49,139 nt of DNA from Neovahlkampfia damariscottae. Taxonomy: Eukaryota. The stretch lies in NCBI GenBank assembly GCA_016618085.1, contig JABLTG010000149.1, forward strand, positions 1 through 49,139, given 5' to 3'. Every line of letters starts with the position of its first letter. The first letter of the stretch is position 1. A program made the translations under genes and the position numbers. The notes under the pieces were generated by a model, which worked only from the letters and a program-made list of their open reading frames with translations, made no database searches and was not told where the DNA came from. Positions 35,819 to 46,438 of this stretch are shown here, piece after piece.

Positions 35819-36280
35819 ATGGCAGTAAATATCTCAGACCAAGAAATTGTTGATGCATGGACAACTGTAAAATCAGACGACGGTGATATCAACTGGATGT
35901 TATGCTCATATGCTGACAAAGCTTCACTCAAACTTTTTGGAAAAGGAACAGGTGGTTACGATGAATTCGTTCAACAACTTGTTGAAGACGAAATCTTATT
36001 TGGAGTTTGCAAAGTATACGCTGTTGACGAAGATTCAAAAAGAACAAAATTCATTCAACTTACATGGGTTGGAGAAAAAGTCAAACCAATGGCTAGAGCT
36101 AAAGTATCAACACACAAATCAACAGTTCTTGCGTTCTTCAAAGGTGCTCATTTAGAACTCCACTCAACTTCATTAGAAGATCTCCAAAAAGACGCTGTTT
36201 CAAAAACTTTACAAGGAATAACAGGATCCCACAAACCAAAATGTTACGATTGGAGTGATGGTACAACAACAGACATTTAA
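35819..36280 (+). CDS. coactosin-like ADF-H actin-binding protein
   Basis: AW..VKSD...NW, G.GGYDEF, SKRTKFI.LTWVGE.VKPM.RAK.S.HK. Confidence 0.92.
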   Translation: MAVNISDQEIVDAWTTVKSDDGDINWMLCSYADKASLKLFGKGTGGYDEFVQQLVEDEILFGVCKVYAVDEDSKRTKFIQLTWVGEKVKPMARAKVSTHKSTVLAFFKGAHLELHSTSLEDLQKDAVSKTLQGITGSHKPKCYDWSDGTTTDI

Positions 36281-36369
36281 ATAAAGTCATTTTTTGAGTA
36301 CAAAAATTATATTTTGATTTTAAAAAAAAAAAATCATTGGTCAATTTTTGAACCAATTAAAAATCAATT

Positions 36370-37918
36370 ATGTTTGTGAAGAGAATTAACCAAACAATTT
36401 CAAAATCATTGAAAACAAAAAGTTATTCAATTGATTTAACACAAATTCCACTTTCAACATACTTTCCATCAACACCTTCTGCAGAAAACGTTGAAGGAAA
36501 TTTACTCGAAAATACAAAACAAAATAAATTAACAGAAACAGTTTTAGAAAATGGAATCACTGTCAAGTCATCTGTAAATAACTCTTTATTATTAAAAAAC
36601 TTTCTTAAAGGAATCAAATAAATTTGGACAAAGTGTTTTAAGTGTAGTTGTTAATGTTGGTTCAAGAAACGAAACATATAAAACAAGTGGTATTTCACAT
36701 TTTGTTCAAAGATTTTTTTTTGATGTAAACCTTTTTTTTAATTTAAAAAAACTGAATAGAACACAAATTTGAGAACAAGATTACGTCTTTGTAGTGAAAT
36801 GGATAAAACAGGTGCAACAGTTACAAGTTCAGCAGGAAGAGAAGAAATAACATACAAAGTAGAAGGTTTAGAAGAATCAGTACCAAAAGTATTCGAATTG
36901 ATGACAGACTCAATTTTTAATGGACGCCTTCATCCTTATGACTTACCACCAAAAAAAGAATTAGTTAAACTTGATATTGAACAATATAGTGAAGTTCCTG
37001 AAATTGTTTTAAATGAAGCATTACATAGAGCTGCTTTTGATGGACCTCTTGGAAATCCTTTAGTTTGTCCACCACATCAACTTGGAAATATTTCAACACA
37101 AGAGATTGCTAATTTTATGAACGCAACATACTCAGGTAATAATGTTTCAATTGTAGGAACAAATATCCCACATCAAGACTTGGTTGAATTATCACAAACA
37201 TTTTTATCAGAAGTACCAAAAGAAAATGTTTTACAAAATAAAAAAACAACATACAAAGGAGGTGATGCTCAAGTACATGTTTCTGGTGTTCCAACTGAAG
37301 CTATTTTAGCATTTAAAGTAAAAAAATAATTTAGTTTTTAACAAAGTTTAACAAGGGTGTTGAAGCTTCATCAACAAAAGTTGCTGCAATTTCAGTTTTA
37401 TCAAAATTAGTTGGAGGTGCTTCAAAAGAAGGAACTGATCCAACAACAAAAGGAAAAGGTTCACTTTTATACAGAAAAGTTATTTCAAACTCAGAAAACT
37501 TAGTTTCAGGAGAAGCGTATCATCTTTCATATTCAGATGCTGGTATTTTTGCAGTTCATCTTAAAGGTGATAGTCAATCAGTTGGAACAGCTGTTTTTCA
37601 AACAAAAAAATTGTTAGAACAAATTGCAGGTGGTTCATTTGTTGAAAATGATCTTGTTGGTGCTAAAAACCAAGCTTTGTTACAATTTTATACAAATCTT
37701 GAATCAAAGTAATTTTATTCTTTTTTTTTTTTTAAATTTTTAGCTCAAATACAAATGAATTCTTTTCAAAACATCAATCTGTTGAATCTTTTGCAGAATC
37801 ATTGAAATCAGTTTCAATTCAAGATGTACAAAAAGTTGCAAAAGAAATGTTAGAATCAAAACCAACTATTGCTTCATATGGTGACTTAGAATTTGTTCCA
37901 ACAACTTTTCATCTTTAA
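36370..37918 (+). CDS. mitochondrial processing peptidase alpha / complex III core 2-like M16 protein
   Basis: Presequence, TVLENGITV, GSRNE..SGISHF (no HxxEH), SAGREEITY, SYSDAGIF; four short introns. Confidence 0.88.
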
Positions 37919-38063
37919 ACTCTCAAATTAAAAATTTTTTAAACGCTGAATTGGATTATTTTATTGAATTTTTCGTCTTCACCCAACTTATTTACAACAA
38001 TGAGAAATTTTTTGATTTGTTCAAGTCAAAAACTTGTATTGATTGGTTAATTGTTTCCTAAAG

Positions 38064-38747
38064 ATGAATCCTTCTTCTCTGAGTGCAACTGAAGAAATAG
38101 AAGTTGTGACTCCTCTTCCACAACAAAGAAATGTATCAAAATTTTCTCAAAAAGTGTATAATATGATAGCTCAGGAAGAAACAACAATTTCAATTGAAAT
38201 AGAAAACAAAAGAAAATTGTTACAAATTTTAATGTGGATTAATTCAATAGAAATTATATATTCTTTTTATTTAGATTATAATACAGCCTTATTAATTTTA
38301 AGAGCAGTTCAATTGGTAACTAACTACACATCATTCTTTTTAACTTTTTTCAGTATTCTTTTTCACGATCAAGATTTAAATATTTGACTCATATTGCTTA
38401 TATAACATTAGTATCAAATTTACCTGTTTTTATCACTCAGTAATTCTATTTCTCATTAATTTTTCTAAAAGTGCATTTTTTCATTATTCTTCAACTCCTA
38501 TTGTAATTATTTTTTTTCAAAACGGTAAACAATTTCTTTTTAAAATTATATTTTAGATCCACCTTTTCAGAGACTTTTAATATGTTTTGTTGATATATTA
38601 GTGGTATTCCTTCAAGTTTTATTAATTTTGACAAAATATGAATTAAGGAATGAAAGAGTATTACAAAATGTTGAAGAAACAGAAGATGAAGAAGAAACAA
38701 CAGAAGATGAAGAAGAAATTAGAGATTTAGAAAATCCATACCAATAA
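38064..38747 (+). CDS. small multi-pass membrane protein, unknown function
   Basis: Hydrophobic exons separated by ~30-nt GT-AG introns; acidic EETEDEEE tail with a short tandem duplication. Exon joins approximate. Confidence 0.55.
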
Positions 38748-38817
38748 ATTAAATTTTATTTTTTTCTGTTTGATTGGTTGAGAGTTTCATAAATTTGAAG
38801 ACCAAAGAAAGACTTCT

Positions 38818-40707
38818 ATGAAAAAATTTTTAAAACAAACTTCTAATAGAATTATAAATAATAAAAAGAATGAATTTCATTTTACTCAAAAATTATTAAT
38901 GGATCCAATGTCTTTACTTCAAGATTTGAATACTTCAAAAAAGTAAAACTAATTTTTCATTTTTGACTTTTTAGTCAAATAACAGGAGTTGGATCAAGTA
39001 ATTTTCTAAAAGAAATGCAAGAATATGAAAGAACATTAAAAGGTTTAATGGAAGAAGGAAAAGAGAACGAAGGAATTCAAGGTTCTTTTTTTTAAAAGTT
39101 TTAAATTTCAACTAGTTAGAGATAAAATGTGGAAATTATATTATAAAAATAAAGAAGTTTTACCAGCAGAAAAAATATTACAAGAAAATATTGAAGCAAA
39201 AAAAGATGTTTATGGAATAGTTAGGTAAATTTGAATAAAAAAAAAAGATTAAAAAATAATAAAGTGAAGAAATTGCTGATGATTATGGAAGTCTTTCAGA
39301 AATTCTTTTAGATAAATTTCGTCTTGAAGAAGCATTAGAACTACGACAAAAATCTATTGAAATCAAAAAAAATTTAAATTTACCTTCTGTTGGTAAGAAG
39401 AAAAAAAAAAATAAAAAAAAAAAAAGAAATTGCAAAGGATTGGACTGAAATGGGTATTATACGAAAATTAATGAAAGATATTGATTTAGCTAAATCTGAT
39501 TTCGAACATAGTTTTAAAATATTTGAAGAAAATGAAAAGACAAATACAGAAGAATTTGGAAAATGTTTATTTGAACTTTCATGTATTTATCAAGAAGAAA
39601 AGAATCCCAAAACAATTGAATATTTACAAAGAGTTGTAAATATACCAAGTTTATCAGATGATTTAAAAAGTAAATCATTAATTCAATTAGGAACAGCATG
39701 TATGCATAAAGGAGAAAGTCAAAGAGCAGAAAAGAATTTTCAAGAAGCATTTTCAATTATGAGAAATAATCAAAATATGGATAAAACAAAATTAGCAGAA
39801 AGTATTTATTCTCTTGGTGTTTTATATGCAACTGAAAAAAAAAATAATTTAGCACAAGAATTTATTTTAGAAGCCATAAAATTATTTGAAGATTCAGAAG
39901 AAAAAAGATTATTTTTAGTACCTAGATGTTATATGACTTTAGGTAAAATTTATAAAGAATCAAAACCAAAAAAATCAATTGAAATGTTTCAAAAAGCATT
40001 ACATTTAACTCCTTCTTTTATGGGTTTAAATGCAGGTGATCATTCTTTTATTTTTTCAAATATTGCTGAAATTTATTTAAGTAATGGTGATTATGAAACT
40101 GCTTATCAATATTTAGAAAAAGCATCAAATACAATAAAATTATCAAGATCACCAGATGCACATAGACATATTGCTGCTAATATTTTAATGAATACTGGTA
40201 TTTATTATTCAAAAATGAAAGATTATGAAAATGCTGAATTAAAATTTAAAGAATCATTTGATGTTTATTTAGAATGTTTTGATGATAATTTTGCACCAGA
40301 GAGTGCTGAAATTGCATATCATATTGGTGTAAATTCAATGAATGTAAATTTTAAAAGACTAATATCTTTAAAAGTTACAAAAATGGAAAGATGCATTGAA
40401 ATTTCTAATTGAATCAAGAGATATTTATATGTCTTTAGATCATGATTTATATAAAGTTCCAGAAATTTTAGATTTTATTGTAATTGCAAATCAACATGTT
40501 TATGAAGAAAATTTAAAAGGTTTATCAGATTCATTTACAAATTCAAAAGAAGAATATGAATTAAAAAAGAAATCATTTGAATCAGAATATCAACATGTTA
40601 TTGAAACAAATAATTTTAGAAAACAAATGATTGAAAAAAGACCACTTCTTGATGAACTTGGTGAAATTACAGAAGAAGAATTTAATTCAATTTATAAAGC
40701 AAAATAA
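38818..40707 (+). CDS. TPR-repeat protein, possible mitochondrial presequence
   Basis: Repeated LG..Y......A...F..A helical units across several exons; basic N-terminus MKKFLKQTSNR. Confidence 0.8.
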
Positions 40708-40799
40708 ATGTTTGTTTTTTTTTTGACAACCCTTTGAAGAAGTGGTAGTGAGTGCACTAAAGAACAACAATAATTGTTTTGAAAAAATTTTTATCCTTT

Positions 40800-41181
40800 T
40801 TATTTTGATGAACCTGGTATGAATGGAACATTTCCTTGATCTAAATAATAATGTTTTAATATAATTAAAGGTATTACTTTCGTATGGGTTTTGCATAGTT
40901 TGTGGTTTTTGAATTCCATATGAAGCCGCAACAAGATTACAAAGAGCAAGTTTTTCATTTTCAGTTCCAATTATAGCACATGTAGAAACGATTGCAAGTG
41001 AACTGAATAAAGTCCAACTCAATCCAGACATCCAACCAAAAACTGGTTTTATATATTTTTCTAAAGCAGAGCTTCCATATGAAAAAACAGATGTTTTTGA
41101 TTTCTTAAACATATTTTTAAGTTGTGTGAAAATACTTTTCTTTGGAGTTGTATCTTTTTTGTCTTCAATTTCTTCAACCAT
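40800..41181 (-). CDS. small single-pass membrane protein, possibly Tom22-like
   Basis: MVEEIEDKK..SWTLFSSLAIVSTCAIIGTENE; intron 40841-40877 gives the end NQGNVPFIPGSSK*. The Tom22 resemblance is weak. Confidence 0.45.
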
Positions 41182-41256
41182 TTTTGAATGTAGAAACAAT
41201 ATAATTGGACGAAAATATAAACAAATCGATTGGCTTAAATTTTCCGAACTTTTTTA

Positions 41257-43358
41257 ATGGCAGAAGAAAATCAAGTTCAACCACCTGCTCAACAGGAAAA
41301 CCCTGGACTATTCATGTCAATTTTAAATTCATTACCAAGATTGGTATTGATGTATATGGCTATGAATTATTTCTTTGGAAATAAGGCACCAACAGTTCAA
41401 CCAAAAAATCAAGTCGTTACAAAAGATGGTCAACCTCAAGTACCAACAGTTCCGCATGTTTGTTTATTTCGTAAAATGGAAATGATGGTATTTTTTTAAT
41501 TTACTTTTTTAATTCTACAATAGAATTTGGACACTTTTTTTTCGACTTCGAATAATATTACTTTTGAAAATAAAAAACCATTTTGGTCTGAAAAATCATT
41601 AGTTTTTGCAAATTCAGATCAAAATAATCGAAGAATTGAAATGAATATAACGGAAAATAATTTTAAAGAAGAGTATAAAGTATTTTTAATTTATTTTATT
41701 AAATATCTAAATAGACACTATCTAATAATGGTACAGTTTATATTCATGCATTTTTGACAAAACCTGGTGCAAGTTATGATCCAAAATCAATTAATTATGA
41801 CAAAACATCAGTTGTTCATTTAGTTAAACGTAAACTTCAATCATAGTTTAAAATTCATATTTAGAATTGAATCGTTATAAATTTATTAAAGGAAAAAAAA
41901 GAAAAAATTTATTAAGTAGTACACAAGAAGAAAAAGAAGAAAAACAAGAAGAAAAAGATAGATATTCATCTTTATGGAACAAAGATGTTTTCTTGACTTT
42001 AGTTGATTTTAATGAAAATTTCAATGGAGGATCAATGCCAGCAAATATTGCGGATCATGTTAAATTTGATGAAAATAATCAAAATTATTATCCTGTTTTT
42101 TATGTAAATGATTTTTGGACATTAAAAGATAATTTAATTGAATTGAATCAAACAATTAAAGAAATACCTTTAAATATTGAATTATATACAATTGGTATTT
42201 TAAAATGGCAAATGTATGTTCAAATGGATGTTTCTTTAAATATGCAAAAATCAGTAAAATCAAAATCAAAATTTATAATTTTTTTTTGAATTAGATGGGT
42301 ACTGCTGAAGAAGGAGATCAAGAAGAAATGAAAAGAATGTTTTTAGAAACTAATCCATATTTACTTGCAACAACAATGATTGTAACACTTTTACATACAA
42401 TTTTTGATTTTCTTGCTTTTAAAAATGATATTCAATTTTGGAATAACAAAAAGAATGTTGAAGGTCTTTCAATTAGAACTTTATTTGTAAATTTTGTCAT
42501 GCAAGTCATTATATTTTTATATTTATTAGATAATGAAACATCTTGGATGATTTTGATTAGTTCATTTATAGGTCTTGGAATTGAAGTATGGAAAATTAAA
42601 AATGCAGTTGAGTTCAAAGTAATTAAAAAAAAAAAAACAAAGATTAATATATTTTTTAGAGAATTGAAACATTTCCATTTATTTCATTTGATGATAAGGA
42701 GAGTTATACAAATTCAAAAACAAAAGAATATGATGATTTAGCAATGACTTATCTTTCTTATTTTCTTTATCCTTCAATGATTTTATATTCAATTTATTCA
42801 CTTGTTTATAATGAACATAAAGGTTGGTATAGTTTCATCATTTCTACACTTGTTGGATTTATTTATATGTTTGGATTTATTATGATGACACCTCAATTAT
42901 TTATTAATTATAAATTGAAATCTGTTGCACATATGCCATGGAAAGCATTCATGTATAAAGCATTGAATACATTCATTGATGATTTATTTGCTTTTGTTAT
43001 TAAAATGCCAATGTTACATAGATTAAGTTGTTTTAGAGATGATATTATTTTCTTCATCTATTTATATCAAAGATGGATTTATAGAGTTGACAAAAAAAGA
43101 GTCAATGAATTTGGTCAACAATTTGAACCAGATGAAGAAGAAAAGAAAAATGAAAATGAAAATGAAAATGAAGAAAAGATTGAACCAAAAGATGAAGTAG
43201 AATTGAATAAAACTTCAGAAGATCAAGAAAAAGAACCAAAGGATGTTGAAAATGATGAGATTGTACCTTTGGAAGAAAAAGAAGAAAATTTTGAACAAGA
43301 ATCAATGGAAGAAGAAAAACCAAAAAAGAGAAAAGGAAAAAAATCAAATAGATTATAA
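41257..43358 (+). CDS. CLPTM1: CLPTM1-family membrane protein (lipid scramblase-like)
   Basis: YYPVFYVNDFW, KRMFLETNPYLL, LAFKNDIQFW, PQLFINYKLKSVAHMPW, ALNTFIDDLFAF, YRVDKKRVNEFG. Confidence 0.95.
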
Positions 43359-43364
43359 AAAAAT

Positions 43365-43862
43365 TTATTCAACACATTTTCCAATACATTTCGAAAATGC
43401 ACTTCCAATTTCATCTGTTTCATCAATATAACATTTCCAATTAATTGAACATTTTTCAAGAGTTTTGACAATTGTTTCAAAATTCAAATCAGATTTGCTG
43501 ATACATTTGTCTAAACATTTTTGTGGCATTTCTTTTGATAATGTTTGATATGAAAATTCACATGCTTCTTCTTCAGGTACACTTGAGTCAGCAAAATTAT
43601 TTACTAATTTTTCAAATGTTTTTGTTGGAATTGAAGGAACTCTCTTTGATAAATTTTTAACTGCATTTTTTAAAATTGTTTCTTGAACTGTTGGAGGAAT
43701 AAAATTAAATGTTTCTCTGAATTTTTCAGTTGTATCTTCACATTCTGTACTTTTATGTTGAGTACTTTTTGTTCTTGTGAACAGTGCTTTAAAAGTTTCT
43801 TCTGTTTGACAATTTATCACAAAAATTGATAGAACAAGGAGAATAGCCAATGTTGTTTTCAT
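43365..43862 (-). CDS. small secreted helical cysteine-containing protein
   Basis: Signal peptide MKTTLAILLVLSIFVINC; C-terminal CxxxC pairs. Confidence 0.7.
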   Translation of the reverse strand: MKTTLAILLVLSIFVINCQTEETFKALFTRTKSTQHKSTECEDTTEKFRETFNFIPPTVQETILKNAVKNLSKRVPSIPTKTFEKLVNNFADSSVPEEEACEFSYQTLSKEMPQKCLDKCISKSDLNFETIVKTLEKCSINWKCYIDETDEIGSAFSKCIGKCVE

Positions 43863-43962
43863 GGTATAACAGTTAACGCTCAACTTCCAATGATGAGAAA
43901 AATATCCAATGAAAAGATCGAATTTATTTGGAAGGTAAAAATAATTCTATTTATTTACATAT

Positions 43963-44560
43963 TTAGATAAACAAATTGATGATCAATGATACAAACAAAC
44001 TCCAAAAAGTTCCTTTGAATCCAACAATTTTTTCTGAAATAGCATTGCTTGATAAATTACCTGCTAATGTTGAATTTTCAACTTTACTTAAACCAGCACT
44101 TCCAAAATATACTCCAAATTGATCACACCAAATTGCTAATTTGAAAGTTAAACGGTATTTGTTTTTTACTAATTCCTTTGTAGTTGAGTGGATTTTTGAA
44201 TATATCAGAGCTCATTGAAACTTCAATATCAAAAGATCCTCTTTGAGTGAGGGTTTGGGGTTGAATTCTGATTCCACCTGTGATACTTTGTGAACTGGCT
44301 GTATTTGTTGCATATCCATAAACTAGAGGGCCATCAGAGGCGTGGTAACCCTCAAAACGATACCATAACTTTTGTTGGGCTGGAGTTTTAGTGGAATTAT
44401 TTTCTTTCAACATTTTGACACTTCCAACAGTTTTTTTTCCAAACGAATCACAACAAAATGTACCTTGTGAAATGATCATGCTATCAACGGGAGCTAATTG
44501 TTGTTGAAATGAGAGACAAAAGTAGGTGAAGAGCAACACTACAACAACCTTCATTCTCAT
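43963..44560 (-). CDS. secreted/GPI-anchored DM13-domain protein
   Basis: Signal peptide; GSVK..F.G....GP.VY.Y; after intron 44137-44170 reads YKGITIWCDQFGVYFG (DM13 motif); hydrophobic C-terminal tail. Confidence 0.8.
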
Positions 44561-45033
44561 TTGATTGGCTCAAGGAAAAAATCTCCGTGCATTAAATTCC
44601 TACATCAGGATAAGAACCTTTTTTAAACAATAACAAAAAGACTGTTGAAAATTATTCTGTTGTTCAAATAAAGTTGTGATCACCAATAAGTAGTAGGAGG
44701 CCTAAGCTTGTTTACTAAGAGTAAATTTTGGAACTGGACCAATATGAAAATTCCAGTATAAAGCCAACCACCAATAGCAGCCAGAACCAAAGAAATTATA
44801 AAACTAACCTCTGTGCGTTAATCAAATGAACAGTTCAGGAAATCAAGAAACAATAACAACCAGCGGCTACAAATCAACTTTCAAAATTTTGGAAACTGAA
44901 TGTAGTTTGAAGGATTTATATAGTTTGGGTTTGTTTTTAAAATTGTTTTTTGAAATAGGAAGGAGGATTTAATGAATAAGGTTGTTGTTTAAAGAGATTG
45001 ATAGGATGTATTTTTAATTTGATGAAAATTAAT

Positions 45034-46128
45034 TTATTTTACAATTGACACATTAAATTTAAATAAAGCAGGCTTGTGATCTGATACAACCCTGCCTCCC
45101 GTTTTTGTTGAATTTTCTTGAAACGTAACTTCCTCAAATGCAACATGAAGACCATTTGGTTTGTACACAATAACATAATCAACATTATCTTTTGTCAGTG
45201 TCGGAACCTTTGTGTGCATGATTTGATATGGAGGCAATTCATTATTTTCTGATTTAAATTTTTCGAGTCTTTTTTTCATAAGTTCGCAATCAAGATTAAA
45301 ATCACCAACAAACAAAAAAAATTCAATATCTTGGTATGTGCTTGATTTTTGTAATGCAATAATACCTTTAAAAGTCTCTTCGATTTCATTGTCTCTTTTT
45401 GGTGCGCCAAGACCGCTTCCATCTTTAATGTGAAACGAAACAACACATATTATTTTTTTAGTGTCCAAGAATTCAAAATAACCTATCATTGGTTTTCTAC
45501 AGAACAATTTGACATTACTGTCATATCCAAGTGAAATATCTGGATCATCAAAACCAACATAAACATCCAATAATTTACATTTACCAGTGTTATACAAAAA
45601 AGTACCGCCCTCTCTTATCGAACGACCCTTACCAAGATGTTTTGTTATTACATTATAATCAAATTCAAGTTCTTTCAGATATTCAATATATTTCTCGTCA
45701 TTTTTATAATCTGTAACTGTACCATTTTTTTTTGCTGGCAATTTTATCTCCTGTAAACAAAAAATATCCATATTATTTGATTGAATAAAACTAAAAATAG
45801 TTTTCATTGTTGCCTCAGAAGTAAAAGTTTTTCCCTTAATGTTCCATGTTCCAACAGTATATGAATATTTATCATCTCTTTCTTTTACTGCGTATTTCAT
45901 TGACAAATTTGAAATTTTCGTATGCAAATACTCCATCGCACCAAATCCAACATCTGGGCTGAATTTATCGAGATGTTTTTTGAAATCTTCAACCATTGAA
46001 TCTATATAAACCAGAACCAAGGACAACTCTATAAAAAGTTAGTGAATTGACATGAAATTGTGACCTTGGAGTTCCACGTTTTCTCTTTCTTTTGGTTCCT
46101 CGATTCCTGGTCCTGTTTCAGGTTCCAT
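45034..46128 (-). CDS. DNase I-like endonuclease/exonuclease/phosphatase (EEP) family protein
   Basis: TWNI, CLQEI, FCRKP, SFH, GDFN, VDYV and SDH.P motifs; upstream exon joined in frame by intron 46029-46064. Start codon uncertain. Confidence 0.88.
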
Positions 46129-46288
46129 GGTTTCATTCTTGTTGTAAGCACTTGGGTTATCACCTTCTTGACCTTTGATTTGTGTAATTTCTGTTCCTAC
46201 AGCTACTGGAGATTGTTTAGTAAATGGGTTTCATCCTTAGCTTTGTTTTTTTGAAAAATGGTTCAAGCATAAAAATGAAACTCTTTTT

Positions 46289-46400
46289 ATTGGCTGATTT
46301 TCCACCAATCTCTTTTCAATGGAAAAGCAAAAAAGAACAAAGTCGAAGCTTCAACTTTTATTTTTAATTAAACACTTTCGCAACAATAATTATTAATTGG
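46289..46400. promoter_or_regulatory. CCAAT-box bidirectional promoter between the EEP nuclease and PolB
   Basis: ATTGG 46289, CCAAT 46305 and ATTGG 46396, the same motif that precedes most host genes in the window. Confidence 0.5.
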
Positions 46401-46438
46401 TTATTTTCAAACAAAAAATTTGCCTAACCCAAATATAA

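Noticed and set aside
38670..38720. Short tandem repeats (GAAGAAACAGAAGATGAA; also GAAAAT repeats near 43150)
   Set aside because: They encode acidic low-complexity protein tails and are not a CRISPR array or satellite.
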